64,000 nt of DNA from Sphyrna mokarran (Eukaryota): NCBI GenBank assembly GCA_024679065.1, contig JAGIQG010000016.1:8556001-8620000 (forward strand), in the 5' to 3' direction. Below, piece after piece: positions 23,995 through 37,290 of this stretch. A program made the translations under genes and the position numbers. The notes below the pieces were generated by a model that worked only from the letters and a program-made list of their open reading frames with translations, was not told the DNA's origin and made no database searches. The stretch's first letter is position 1. Each line of letters starts with the position of its first letter.

Positions 23995-24209
23995 CCCCCG
24001 TAACTTGCCTGGGTTAGCAAAAAACCTCACTTACTGTGCTGTCTGGAGAAAATACACAATTCTCTAACAATGCTCAGGATTCCCTTCACACACATTGTTA
24101 GCCACTTTAACACTTGAATAGCAGGTTAGATGTAAGGATTCGCATTCTAATCAGCAATCTCTGACTGTCTGTGCTGATGTGTGCTATTGCAGACCAGAAC
24201 ACTGCACTT

Positions 24210-24243
24210 GCCTGAGGAAGACACGGGAGTGTTGAAAGCTCGC
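24210..24243 (+). ncRNA. Minimal hammerhead ribozyme motif (variant) in the Penelope 3' region
   Basis: GC-CTGAGGA-A-GACAC(GGGA)GTGTT-GAAA-GC-TC-GC; different stem II sequence with pairing retained, GNRA loop, CUC cleavage triplet. Confidence 0.75.
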
Positions 24244-24999
24244 TTTTTTACTATCAAATAAATCGGTTGGATTAATAATTGGTGTTGCTAAATTCTTACT
24301 CATATTTTCGTTATCCAGAAATATATTAGAAATGTTCAAAACTTATTTAGCAAGAGTATGGTAGACACTTGGTTTGCATACCTGTTTTACTAGTTGTGTT
24401 TTCGCCTGACAGTGGAAAAAAAAGACCAATGAAATCCAAATAAATTACTCATTTCACAAGACGACAGTTGGCTTTTTTTTTGTCACAGTGACTGTGATAA
24501 TTGAAATAAAAGGTTTACGAGATTCTGTATCGGAATCCTTTCATCGTTGTTCTTATATTTTAATTGTTTAATTATTAAATATAATTCAACTCTTAGAATG
24601 CTGTACTAATTTGCCGTGGCATAGAAATTAAAGCATCAGAATGTGTGACTTTTGCATCAATGTGGACTATGATGACAGTTTGTATTTAACAAAAATCTTC
24701 CACATAATCTTGCCAAGGAAATACGTAAATCAATTAATTAAATGTACCTGAAACCATGTGAGGAAAAATACTTCAGTGCTGTTATTATAAGTTGCAGCTT
24801 TTAAGAAAAATGTATGCATGTCTGTGTGTGTGTCTATGTGTACGTCAGTGCGTCTGTGTGAGTGTGCGAATGAGAATGAGAGGTAGCGAATCTATGCATA
24901 CTGCTGGGGGTGGGAGTTGTGGAGTTGGGAAGGGAAAGGGGAGATTTTGGGGGTTGGAACTGTGATGCCACTGGGTGAATGCGTTATTTTCAGTGAACA

Positions 25000-26160
25000 G
25001 GATTGAACTGGAAAACCTTTACTTTATTCAAAAGAACTGTGGTCCTATTAATCGCCACTTGGAGAGCCAAGGGTTAATCGAAAAATGTCAGCATGGTTTC
25101 GAGGGGAAGGGGGCGGAGGATTACGTCTCTCAAGTTGGGTGGAATTTTTGAGGCATTAATTAGGATTGTTTAGATGGGAGAAGTGCAGTTGTTATAGTTT
25201 AAACGAATTGCAGTCAGGCTTTTGAGAAAGGTCCGCCTGGGATAATGATCAGGATGCTAAAGAGTCCATGGAACTCAACGCAATTTGGGAAATTAGTTAC
25301 AAAACTTGCTCGAGGCAGGAGTTAGATGCAAGTACTGCAATGTTGCTTTTCTATAGTTGGAAGCCTGCTTACAATCGTGCCCGACAGGCGTGGGTCCCTG
25401 TTTCTTTGGCTTTTCTACTGTGCATTTAAAATCTAAACGTTAATGTGGGAATCATGATAAGTAAGTTCCCAGATGAAACAATAAATCAAAGTGTGGTTAA
25501 TGGAAGGACAAAAATAATTGCATTGCACGACGATTTGGAAAGACTGGTCAGATGGACAGAACAGTGGAAAAATAAAGTCATCGTCATAAAGTGTAAGGTA
25601 GTACATTTAAGGAGGGGAGCAAAACTACGGAATACACAATGCACAGTAGTATTCGACAAAACAAAGAGCTCAAGAGGGACTTCCGGATCAACAATTTAAA
25701 ATCCCTGGAGGCATCCGAGTTGTCAGTAATGCAGTACAAGTTGTATGTGGGATATGTGCCTTTATTCGCTGAGACAGAGAATATAAGACCATGGAGGTAA
25801 TTGGTATGCTTTTTAGGCCATAGCTGGAGTCGGGCGAAAATTCATTGTTGCTGAAAACAGGCTGGCTCCTCTTTTTCTTAAAACTGAGAGATCTGAGGGT
25901 TTGTCGTGTGTAAAATCAGGAGAATTACACAAAATTAGATATCGAACAATGTTTCCCCTTTGTCGAATGTTCATTGTCAATGAGACATAGATTTTGGATG
26001 TGCACCAGGTTTCAAAAGGTTTGAATAGATTCATTTTCGTCCAGAGGTTGACGGGAAATTGTAACTCACTGCTTAAATAGTTGTGAAAAAAATCAGCCCT
26101 TACAACAATTAAGAAGTACATACATGATAAGTTCAAAGGTTACAGCATATAATAGAACGA
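25000..26160 (+). mobile_element. Old CR1 RT-region fragment (approximate)
   Basis: cagcatggtttc, ggcttttgagaaaggtcc, ISKFPDET...LHDDLERLVRWTEQWK...KCKVVHL. Confidence 0.7.
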
Positions 26161-26179
26161 TAGCATAATTACAATACAG

Positions 26180-26475
26180 AAATTGCTGATCTGGAACATC
26201 GATTCTGCATCAACTCTCCGAAAGAGTGGCCCCTCCAAGTCCTGCCCATATTATGTTATGCACATAACATAGCACAGTTAACATAACTAATCCATCATCT
26301 TATACACCTTTGGACACTTAGATGAAGTACGCCAACCTAAGCTACACCTTGAAATTTGAAGCATCATGAGGTAAACCACACAGAAGCAGGAGAACTTGCA
26401 AAGTCCGCATGAATTGTAGTTGACTCTTGGCCCCTAACACTGTGAGGCTGCAATGCAAAACATTGTGTAATCCAG
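26180..26475 (-). mobile_element. Degraded HE1/V-type SINE
   Basis: tttggacact...gagaacttgcaaagtccgca...ctgtgaggctgcaatgc. Confidence 0.5.
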
Positions 26476-26980
26476 CCAGTTAAAGATACAGATTAAGTTT
26501 TGCAAATTGAATTGCAAGATATGTTTTATTTTGTACAAAGCACAGACAACAATATTTTGAACCACTTTTCATGCTGTAAAATTCTATGGCACTTTCACTA
26601 TGATTTAAGAATAAAGCAGCAGCTGCCGTCTGGGGTAGAATATCTCAAAGGTTTACAAAACTCTGAATGAAGCCACACTTCCTCCTTTTATTTTTCCAGC
26701 GATTGCACCTCATTATTAAAATTTGTAGCAGGATTCATGATGATAGGAAGCTCCCAACAACAGCGACGTCCCAACCAGTGGAAACAACCCTCCTGAATTT
26801 ACCTTGTATTTCTCTGTGACAATTGTGTACATTTGAATGAAATCATCTCTCAATCCTCTAAAAATCTGAGAATAACTCATCAATATATGAAAGGTTAAGA
26901 TGGAAAGAATATTATCTTTGCTTGTTCTGAGCCTATATTCAGTGCTCAATCATGCATTTGTTTTTCATCAAATGCTTAAC

Positions 26981-27010
26981 TATATATACATATATATATA
27001 TATATATATA
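26981..27010. repeat. (TA)n microsatellite
   Basis: Direct reading. Confidence 0.9.
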
Positions 27011-27093
27011 ACTTAATTACATCGAATAATTGTAATGTACAATGAAGATTGGCAAGGACATTTCAAAATATCCAACAATTGCTGCTTTCTCAC

Positions 27094-27129
27094 CCAATTC
27101 CTTCAATTTTTTAAAATATAATTCTCTCT
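27094..27129 (-). CDS. 36-nt microexon (E)RELYFKKLKEL
   Basis: tttgatcgtctttcag|AGAGAGAATTATATTTTAAAAAATTGAAGGAATTGG|gtgaga; phase 1-1. Confidence 0.83.
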
Positions 27130-27669
27130 CTGAAAGACGATCAAAACAATATTTTAATTTTCAATCAAATAATGATTCGATCATACAACAGAATAAGAGG
27201 CCACTTGGAAGAACGTGGCGTTTCTAGCAATTTCAAAGCTCTCGCATAAGGGGTCATGCTTCACAGCTTTCTACGCTTCGCCAATGTATTTAAAATATTT
27301 TGTTCCTCAAGGTTAAATATTCCAGCCTCTGCAAATGTGTAATCCACTCTCTGCAACGGCCAATGCGCAAACAGATCTATCCCTTTCTGAGCAGGATAAT
27401 TAACTATTTACAAATATTTCAAAACTTATGGATCGAGTTGATAACACAACACTGTCGTATACCATTCACACTTTTGTAACCAAATGGCTACATTGTACTT
27501 TCGATTAGACAACCCTGATGAGATTCTGAAGCTTTCTTTCGAAATGAGTATCGCAACATTTTCTTTCAATTTCAGACAATGTCAACAGCCTTAATCATAA
27601 TCTTCACAAGGGATAAAGGTTTTCCCAATTAGTCAAGTGAATCGCAGTGGTATAGTGCATTTTGTGAGG

Positions 27670-27900
27670 GAGTGATAGCACAATGGCTATGCCACTGGAC
27701 TATAATTCAAAAGGCCGGACCAATGATCCAGCAGACGTGTTCAAAATCCATCACAGTTTCTGTTTGGAAACATAATTAAGACAATTAATGCGACAAAGAT
27801 ATCTTATATCTGTGATTGCAACCATGAAACAATCGTTGATTTATATTCTAGCGAAAAAGTCAATTTACAGGAGGGCATTTGTTTTTTTTCCTTGTTTGCC
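27670..27900 (+). mobile_element. Deu/SacSINE-like SINE remnant (approximate)
   Basis: Head ggctatgccactggactataattca..gaccaatgatcc..ttcaaaatccatcacag and accatgaaacaatcgttgat. Confidence 0.45.
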
Positions 27901-29860
27901 CAAGCTGTCCGATTTCAATTTCTACATTCAATTCATACGTTCAATTTCTACATTCGTGATCTAACCACCGTCAGTGTGAAAAGTAAAATACACCTTCTTC
28001 TTTTGCCGATCAATATTTTGTATCCACCATTCGAATGCCGATGACAGGTGATTCCGGCATTCATAATAACACTTTACCCTATCAACAGCTTTATTTGTAT
28101 TTTGAAGAAAAACAAAATCTGCTGCGGGTATTAGCGATAGTGGCCGTTGAAGAAAATCTCTTTGTTCACATCACTCACAATGTCAAGGTGCATTTGTTTT
28201 CTTGCTTGTCCGCTTTACGAATTTATGCAGGACCCTTATATTAACCATTGACTTTGAAGTTCTCCTATTAATTCAACATGCAGTCAATGTGCTCTGCTGA
28301 AACACATTCTTAATCCTGCCTGTTTGGCTCGTTCAAAAATTGCCCATCAATTCTCCAACACTTTCCCTGTCCTTCGATATCGAGCAGGCAACAGAGGAGT
28401 TGGCATCCGGCTGTAGAGATCATCATTTGTTTGCCTGTCTGTGCTATCCCCTTAAAAGTTTTGCTTTTAAATCGCGCTCCATCCCCAAATAGGTGGATCT
28501 GGCGCGTTGTTGAAATGTTTACAATTTCATTACTTTTCTTATTCTCTCCCATACAGGCAGCTGTTATTCCCCTTGTCTTCATTCTGATAGGTTCTTAGAA
28601 ATCCATGAGACAAGGATACAAAATATTTATCGAAAGCAACCGGAGGTGTATCTTTCTTTTCCAAAAGCAGGTGGTTAGATCAAAAATAAATAAATTAGAA
28701 ATATTGTCCAATCGGACAAGGTAGGAATGGTCTATCATAAGTGTTTAGCATGGTTGTTTTTAGAGCTGATTATCTTATTCGCTGTTGACTTCATCATGGT
28801 ATTTCAGAGGCATCTATTTTACTTTGAGTTTGATATTCTGAAGAGCCGAAAGCGACTTTCGATAAAAGTTGGTGTGTCTGTTTGAATCTACGTCTGCAAA
28901 ACATTTTTTGTGAGAAACACGCAACATAGTTATTACACTTTCACAATGCATTTCTATTCGAGTTTTATGGAAATGAACTTTGACATGTTATAGGCATAGG
29001 TTGAAGTGTGGTGTAAAATTGTGCAGCACATTAAAACTACTGAATCTCGCAGTTAGATATTACGTCAGAATTCATGCTTCTGTGACTTTTGTTTTCGCGG
29101 TACCAAGAACTGAATACGACGTGTCCGAGAATTTTGTCAACTCACTTCTTTAACTTACCCTCACCATCGACGACATAATTTTGCCATCCAGGTGTCATGT
29201 CATACCTAGTCTACGTAACAGTAACCCATTCCAAATTTCTGGGTAACTTACAAACTGTTTGATTTTTTCATCATTCATGCAAATCCTCTTTTCCTATGTT
29301 CCTCATAACTTTACCCCCGAAGTAACACGGGTCTACCACTGTGCCAAGTACTCTTTTTGCAATTGCAGTAAAGAGCATAGTGATCAGAACTGAGAACTAC
29401 ATGAATTGCTGGATCGAAGAAATTACATGGAGACGAGCATTGTTCACACACATTGCTTCTCATTTTACTGTTATACGGAAATAAGAATTGTGCACAGTGA
29501 TCCGACGTTTGTGGTAATAACGTAAAATGTGAATAGAGCTGCAGACAATGTTCGAGCATTATAATAAGTTTAGGGAGTCGTTTCTTCAAGTGTGCTGTAT
29601 GCACAGCATATAGAACAATTCAAGGGACCCACGTGCCGTGGGTATGCGCAACAAGTGGCATTTGTTATCTCAAAGTATCTGTCGCGTCATATATGTGTTT
29701 TGAAGGTAGATGAATCTGAAAAGTGACTTATGTACACTGTGGTTATTGCTAGTGATAAGGCAGTGCATGATATTGCTAAAGTCGCGCATAAGGACCCAAT
29801 TAATATCATACAATAGGGTGCATAGTTGAAAAAGACATAAAGTGCTTTTGAAGAACTCAC

Positions 29861-29887
29861 CTTTTCCTTTCTTTTTCAAATCTTCTT
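29861..29887 (-). CDS. 27-nt microexon (E)EDLKKKGK
   Basis: ttccgtgttcccacag|AAGAAGATTTGAAAAAGAAAGGAAAAG|gtgagt; phase 1-1. Confidence 0.87.
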
Positions 29888-31159
29888 CTGTGGGAACACG
29901 GAACCAGCATTGTTACAATGGGAAGAAATTTGTCTCATTGTGCACTGGAAGCAGATTACTACTTTTCAATCTGTTACACATTCATGCGAATTTCTTTGGA
30001 AATACAAACAGTGTAGTGATCTAAATATTGGCAAGTGCAACTAAGTTAATAAAAACTAAAAACACCAGATTCATTGAGGCCGATCACTTACTCGCAGAGA
30101 CACGTTCAGACGGATTATCATTCTGAATGAAATAACGCACGTTGAGATTGCAAAACCCTCTCTTACTCAACAAGTTTTATTCATTCTGGGTGAGACAGGA
30201 ACAATGACTGGTGTCGCAGGCTATATCGTCAATATCCAAATATGGTGCACAAATGGAAGGAAACTCCAATGTTACAGGACTGACCTCTCTGAAGAAGATG
30301 TGACAATTTAAAGGGAGAAAACACGTTCCAATGGCCAGTATTTCCGATATCAGTGGCCAATCTGGGGGAAAACACAAAGGCCAGTAAGTCAGTCTGAGGG
30401 TAGCTGGGGTATTTTGCTGCACGAGGTTTGGAACAGAATTGTGTTCCAATGGAAGAGGATGGACAGAGGAAGGCGGTGTGGTGGGAGTTGTTTGGGCCTA
30501 TTGAGTGTGAATTATCCAGGAGGGAGGTCTGGGTTCAGATCGAATGGAAGATGGAGTTGAACAGGCGGGAAAGTTTGCATATCGGATTGCAGGAATAAAA
30601 CACATCCCACATGAGGGAGGGGGATTCAGAACAGACGTGGAATAGTAGGGAGATATTGGAACATATTGACAGATTGTTGGAAGCAGCGCGTGGTACCCGT
30701 TGAGTCGGAAGGGAGGGTGGATTTTACCTGTGTGTTTCGATCAGTCTGAACGTGGGAGGAGGAAGGGACTTGGTTAGTTGTTCTGTGGGAGTACTTTCCG
30801 CTTTGTTGGGTCATGTATGGAGTGTTTTGTGTGCGGAGTTCCAGCTTGGACCAAGGGCACAAAAAAGTGTGGCGGAATGTTGTTCCAGAGGGCCAGTAGC
30901 AGAATTAACTGGTGTGTTGTTAAAGCTGGCGATTAGGGTTTGATTTGGAGTGGTGGGGCGGTGGTGCTATGTGGGTGATTCGCCGGGTGGAGCGTTTGTA
31001 TTGGAACAATCCAGTGCATGGATTCGTGATAACATTTGAGTACTAACTTTAGATATGTAAGTAATTTTGTTTCTCCATGTCTGAAAGTTGCAATAATCAG
31101 CGTAAAACTATTGGAGCGTTCCGAAGTTAACGATTGAATCACTTCTGTTCGATGATTGA

Positions 31160-31490
31160 GGCGGCATGATGACATAATGGTTAGCACTGCTGCCTCCCAG
31201 CGTCAGGGATCTGGATTTGATTCCTGGCTTAGGTCACTGACTGTGCAGAGTCCTCACATTCTCCCCATGTCTACGCGAGTTTCCTCCGGGTGCCCAGGCT
31301 TCCTCCCACAGTCCACATATTTGCGGATTAGATTGATTCGTCATAGAAATTGCCCCTTAGTGTCAGGGGGTACTAGCTAGGGTAAATGAAGGGGATGATG
31401 GGGATAAGGCCTGGATGGGATTGTTGCCAGTGCAGACCTGATGGACCGAATGGTTTCCTTCTGCGCTGTACATTCTGTGATTCTATGATT
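31160..31490 (+). mobile_element. HE1/V-type SINE, nearly full length
   Basis: tRNA A/B-box-like head (tggttagcactgctgcctc...gatttgattcc), core cacattctccccatgtct..gtttcctccgggtgc, tail ttctgtgattctatgatt. Confidence 0.85.
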
Positions 31491-33464
31491 TTTAGCACGG
31501 TGCAATCGACCAGGGAAAAATAGTACTGCTAGACAATTGATTTCTAATACTTTACGTTGCTATCCCACAAGTATGATGCTGGCGAACAAGAGGGGAAAAA
31601 GGAGCCACATATTTGTTTTTTAGTGTGCTTGGTAATTTGCTAAGTCGATCGATTGGCGGAAAATTTGCAAACAGGGCATAATCAGTGTGCTTTGTTATTA
31701 AGTTTCAATTCCATAAATCAGCCCAGTGCAGAGATATAGGCATCATTAATGTTTATATTTAAGTGAGTGTATATTAATGCTATTTCCGTTGTGGAAAGAA
31801 TGTCTGTCTTTGTCACAACAATGTTTCATTCATGTAGCTATCTTCATACAGATCACTGCCCACGCAATGACCCAGTTGTAGTTTTTGGCTTGACACGATC
31901 GTGTCAAGTTCTCACTTGAGTGACTTTTGAATGGATAATGTGTGCTAACCGTTTTGATAAGAAATAATTTGGCACTGGGGGTAGGGGGACTGTCAACATG
32001 TTTTCTTTGGATTCAACAATGTCGTTAATGGAAAGGTGTGAACTAACTTGGAAGCAGACAGAATAGATGAAGTATATTGGTGTGACAAGTGAGTTTGGAA
32101 GTAGGTTCGCAATTTCTGTCAGTTAGTGTTTTGCAGTTCTTACGACGGGGGTGAGATCATATCCATAATTAACAGAAAGCGTCACCTGAAGAGAAATAAA
32201 AGCAGTACATCGTGAAATATAACGAAATATATATCCCAAAAGATTATCAATTTAACGTGAATTTAAGAGAGAGGAATAGGGAGGCGGGTAGCACAATGTG
32301 AACAAAGATAGGCAGATCGCTAATTGTCCCTAAACTGAGCTTCCAAAGACATTTTAAAATAACTCACATTGCTGTCGGACTTGTTTTACAGGGAGGATAG
32401 ACAAGGTAAGGCACAGAAAATTCCCTAGTGTGTCCTGCAGATCAATAACTTGCCTAGTTAGAATTTGAAACAAAATCTGGGAGGTCAATTGTTCTGTGCT
32501 TCATTATCTGTATCAAAGTCTCCACTCATCTGAGCCAATATACCAACCAATCAACATGGTTTATTTATGGATAAGAATTTTATTCCTTTGTTGCAGTTGG
32601 CAATTTCTGGAATGCAACGCTGATCAAGAGAAACTACAATTAGTGATAGGCTTTTATCATTTCAGCAAAAGCTAAGCACACAACCATTGTTTATTTTATG
32701 TTGCCTCTTATTTTGCTGCTCTGCCTCTCAGTTGTATTGAAACCGCCGAAACATTGTTTTTTAATTGTGCTGTCTAGAATATCCAATCTTCTGCATTGTG
32801 CACTGCTTATTTCATCTTATGATTTATCCTTTTCTTCCTAATTATATTCCGATGCACCCTCTAGTTCCTCAATTTCTCAGTTTTGGTCATTCTAGTGTAC
32901 TAATTGAAATCAACGTGTTCTCTTTACGCGAATGTCACGCATGTGTTTTGTTGCATATCTGCTTACAATGTCCCCATGCGCTCATTTTACTTTTTTTTCT
33001 GAATGTTTTGCTTTGAAACATCAGCTCCTCGGAACATTAACAAGGAGTGAGACATCAGTGCTGCACCGAAGAAGTACTGCGTCATCAGCAGTATATTTTA
33101 CGAACATTGAGTCGCCTCTATTTCCTCTTCAGTAAATGTAAAGGATTAATCCGGATGGTCTTTGTTTTGAAATGTGGGGAAGGTGTTCTTGATTATCTGA
33201 GACAAAATTTTCGCTCAGATTTACATACATTTTCAGTCGGGTCTTTCCTTGTTTTCTTTAATCAATGTACACATCTACTATTTTTAAGATGGATACGCCA
33301 AAATAGTACAGTGTTTGGCACTTTGTATTCTGATAGAACCCGTATCTAACATCTCTGATAGCTCTCTTCCTTTCTCAATCTCCTGAATGGATAAATCCAT
33401 CATTTGTATTCATGAATTATTATTTGCATCAGTATGGTTTAATGATCAATAATACACTTCTCAC

Positions 33465-33500
33465 CTAAATCTTGTAGTTTCTTTTTCAATATTTCTGTTT
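33465..33500 (-). CDS. 36-nt microexon (E)TEILKKKLQDL
   Basis: cattttctttttcag|AAACAGAAATATTGAAAAAGAAACTACAAGATTTAG|gtgaga; phase 1-1. Confidence 0.88.
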
Positions 33501-33757
33501 CTGAAAAAGAAAATGTAGAGTTGAGTATCTATTCGAATATAGCCACGTTTAATTGGGGGAACTATGGCCGTTTGGTCAGGTTTTGTCATTGATTAAAATA
33601 GTGCGAGCACGGTGTAAATCAACTCAACATTCTGACACTTTCTGCAGAACCTTGTTGTTCCGTTCAGTCCAACAAAATCCATAAGCAGCAATCTTAAATT
33701 ACTGAACATATTTATCTCTCTGCATCAGAAAATCCGAATTTGCAAACATCACACACA

Positions 33758-34060
33758 AAATCATCGATTCATACCATACAGAAGAAGGGCATTCGGTCCA
33801 TTAGGTCTAGACCGAACTCAATTCCATCCAGCTCATGTTCCTGTAACCCATGCATTGACCCGAGTTAGTGCTGACACTAATGGGCAATTTAGCATGGTCA
33901 ATCCACCTCAGATGCTCGTATTTGTGCTGTTGGAGGCAATCGAATCACCCGGAAGGAACCCATATAGATACGGAGAGAATGTGCAAACTTCACACAGACA
34001 GTGACCCAAGCCGGGAATCGAATCCAACAGCGATTCTAATCACTATGCCACAGGGCAGCC
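33758..34060 (-). mobile_element. HE1/V-type SINE
   Basis: ggcaatttagcatgg..gagagaatgtgcaaacttcacacagacagtgacccaagccgggaatcgaa. Confidence 0.8.
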
Positions 34061-35633
34061 ATTTATAATATTGCGATACGACATATGACAGTTCATCTCA
34101 AGTCTGTAAGACGTTACCATGGTCGCCTTCTCCCTAGTTTAAAACGTTTCAACCAACGAACAGGATCTCAATTCCTGAACACGTAAAACGCTCTGAATTT
34201 TGCATTCGTTAAAAAGGCACCGTCTATAGGATGGCTGCAGCAAAATGGGACAATTGGTCATGATGCAGCGACTTTGTTCTTTGTTCTTGGATCTTTGACT
34301 GTTTGGTTTCCTGCAAGTAGAACTAAATTCCAACTAGTTCCGCATAGCCCAATTTGCGCTGTTCAATTACCTGTAAAATTCATTTTTTTCTTATGGCCGG
34401 ATGAAATTTGCGTCTTCAACACCACCAGGCAATGCATTGAATCTTTACATCTCAGAATCGCTCATCCTTTGAACCCGGGCTATACAACAAATAGCGTGCT
34501 GGCGTATGGAGTTACCTTGGTGATGCAATAGTTAGGCGGGGCACATGATAGGTTAAAAAAACAACGATTGCAGAGCTGAAAATCAACAAACATGTTTTAA
34601 ATTTATCGTTAGTTTTGGCAGAGTTACTTTGGAGATGACATCTCCTCTTATGGAAGTTGTATCATTAGTTGGTTACGAACATATAGTTGTCCCCAAGCAA
34701 ACCAATATGGAATTGAAAAGAAAGATCTTTACTCAAAAGGTAATGTGAATATGCAATACGTTATAATCGTGATTGGTTTCAACAAAACTGTATTGTTGCA
34801 TGAGCTGGGAAGATGGAAGAGAAATAGAATGGCGGCCAAATTATATCAAGGCAGTGGAAACGGTGGTTGCCACACGTGATTTAAATGTGACAAGTTCCTA
34901 GAGGGATACATGCAAATCTAAATCTGGTGTCAATGTGTGGTACTGGCGTCTTATAGTTCCCATATATCTTTTGCAACACGAGATGTAAGGTTGTCACAAG
35001 CTTATTTCTAAAAAAAAAGTAGATGCTGCGATATGCAAGGCAAACGTTTTATGAATGGTGTGGGTAAAATGTTTGTTTTTCGTTTTCGTTATAGCAGTGA
35101 CGTATGTTTGGATCTTTCTTGTAAATAATCGATGCATTTTGTTAACACATTTTTTGTACTTGTGCACTACAACGTCAAGGTCATTAGAAACACAATGCTT
35201 GTTCACATAAACGCCATTATGTCTCGACAACACAGTATTGATAATGTCTGCAACACATTCAAATAGATACAATGTTGCTGCAGAATTTTTCACCAGAACA
35301 AAGGAAAAGTTCCTGATGCTCTTTCTAAATTATTGCATTTCCCGTATATCAAATCTCGCCTTATGATTAACCCCTTAACTGATTCTCATCAGTGGTCAAG
35401 TGGCATTGACCAGTTCAGTGGCATGCGATTATTCAATCACAACAATGTCTTCCCTAACATTTAATAATTCGGAAGCTCAATTTTTTTCACAAGAAATTCT
35501 AATTTGTTTGAGGGCTTGATGATGAAGTGTCGTGCCTTAACTATGTTTTCGCCACATGCCGATTATTTCTTCCTTCATGCAAAGACATAACTCTGTTCTT
35601 GCAGTTTATCTTTGCGCCTTTCAAAGTTGTATC

Positions 35634-35940
35634 ACAGCGGCACATTGGTTAGCATAGCTGCTACAGCGCCGGAGATCTGGGTTCGATTCCCAGCCTATGC
35701 CACTGTCTGGGTAGACTCTACACATTCTCCCCGTCTCTGTGTAGATTTCCTCGGTGTCTCTGTAGGTTTCCTCCGAGTGCTTTGGTTTCCTAACACAACC
35801 TGTAAGAGGTGCCTGTTAGTTACACTGGCGATGCTAAATTCTTCCTCGATGTAACCAAATGTTACAGATTGGCGATGAGGGAGTTTTGACAATAACTTAA
35901 TGGTAATGTGAATGTAAACCTACATGTAAGCCAATAAATT
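35634..35940 (+). mobile_element. tRNA-derived SINE variant with a different tail
   Basis: cagcggcacattggttagca..gggttcgattccc head and the same core, ending ...aatgtaaacctac..aataaa. Confidence 0.75.
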
Positions 35941-36228
35941 CAATTTGAAATATCGTTGATGCTGTTTCTTTTTTTTGTTCGCAAATCGTCGTATTTTCTG
36001 CTTTATTACTGGCTGAAGTGGAACAACATTTTTTACCCAGTACTAGAATTCACCATTATTCCTCTTTGTTACCTCTACACGCTGCTTCAATCCAACCCAT
36101 GACAATATTGTCTGAATCCACTCCAAATCTCCGGTACCGTTGCTTCAGCCAAGCGACAGGTAATCAAGTGATGTACTAGTTGGAACAGATGCTTTAATCT
36201 CCAGGGACTGTGATGTCATGGTTCTTAC

Positions 36229-36255
36229 CACGTTGCAGCTTCTCCATTTGTTCAT
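36229..36255 (-). CDS. 27-nt microexon (D)EQMEKLQR
   Basis: cttgtgttttaatacag|ATGAACAAATGGAGAAGCTGCAACGTG|gtaaga; phase 1-1. Confidence 0.85.
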
Positions 36256-36397
36256 CTGTATTAAAACACAAGCAAACCATTTGGATTAATAGCAGAAACT
36301 TCTGGAAAAGAACTTCACGCCTGGTTCTATATGACAAGATTGGAAAAAATATCATTTTGTTGCACTTTCCTCAAAATTCGACAATATTACGAAAAAA

Positions 36398-37290
36398 ATA
36401 GCAGAACCCAAGGACAGGTAGCTAGATGGATAAGTAACTGGCTTGGTAATAGGAGACAGAGAGTAATAGTGGAAGGGTGTTTTTCTAGCTGGAGGTCGGT
36501 CACTAGTGGTGTGGCACAGGGCTCAGTACTGGGACTTCTTCTATTTGTAATGTATATAAATGACTTGGAAGAGGGAGTAAGTGGAGTGATTAACAAGTTT
36601 TCAGACAATACAAAAATGGCTGGACTTGCGATAGTGAGGAACATTGCCAGGCCATACAGCAGGACATAGATAGGCTGGTAGATTGGGCAGATAGATGGCA
36701 GATAGAACTCAATCGTGAAAAATGCGAGGTGATGCATTTTGGGACAAAGAATGTAGGGGGAGGTATATGATAAGGGCAGACCTATTAAGAGTATAGAAAC
36801 GCAGAGGGACCTGGGGATGCAGGTGCACAAGCCTCTCAAGGTGGCAGAGCAGGTGGGGAAGGTTGTGAAGAAAGCATACGGAACACTAGCCTTTATAGGA
36901 AGGGGTATGGAGGACAAGAGCTGGATTTTAATGTTGCAGTTGTATAGAACGTTGGTTAGACCTCATTTGGAATACTGTGTCCTGTTCTGGTCGCCTTACT
37001 ACTGGAAGGTGTGGAGACTCTGGAGACAGTGCGGAGGATGTTTACCAGGATGCTGCCTGGTATGGAAAGTCTGAGTTACGAGGAGAGGTTAGGCAAATTG
37101 GGGCTGTTTTCTTTAGAAAGACGTAGACTTAGAGGAGATCTAATAGAGGTGTACAAAATTATGAGGGGTATAGATCGAGTAAATAATGGGAACCTTCTTC
37201 CTGGGTTGGAATCAAATATCACGGGTTTAGGGTGAGGGACGTAAGGTATAATTTGGATGCTAGAGGGAGTTTTTTCACATAGAGCGTTGT
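36398..37290 (+). mobile_element. CR1 LINE RT fragment with frameshifts
   Basis: WISNWLGNRRQRV..VTSGVAQGSVLG..FVMYINDL..KFSDNTK; LYRTLVRPHLEYC; [17 protein letters not shown]. Confidence 0.92.

Larger units (their letters stand above)
23035..24301 (+). mobile_element. Young 5'-truncated Penelope-like retroelement (probably Neptune-type) with a 13-bp target-site duplication
   Basis: atattttcgttat at 23022-23034 and 24302-24314; uninterrupted ORF 23038-23994. Confidence 0.93.

Noticed and set aside
27514-27550. ctgatga...gaaa resembling a hammerhead core
   Set aside because: No convincing stem II or stem I pairing and no Penelope context
30728-30746. AG/GT-bounded ~18-nt segment (minus)
   Set aside because: Stop codon in phase 1; lies in G-rich, repeat-like sequence
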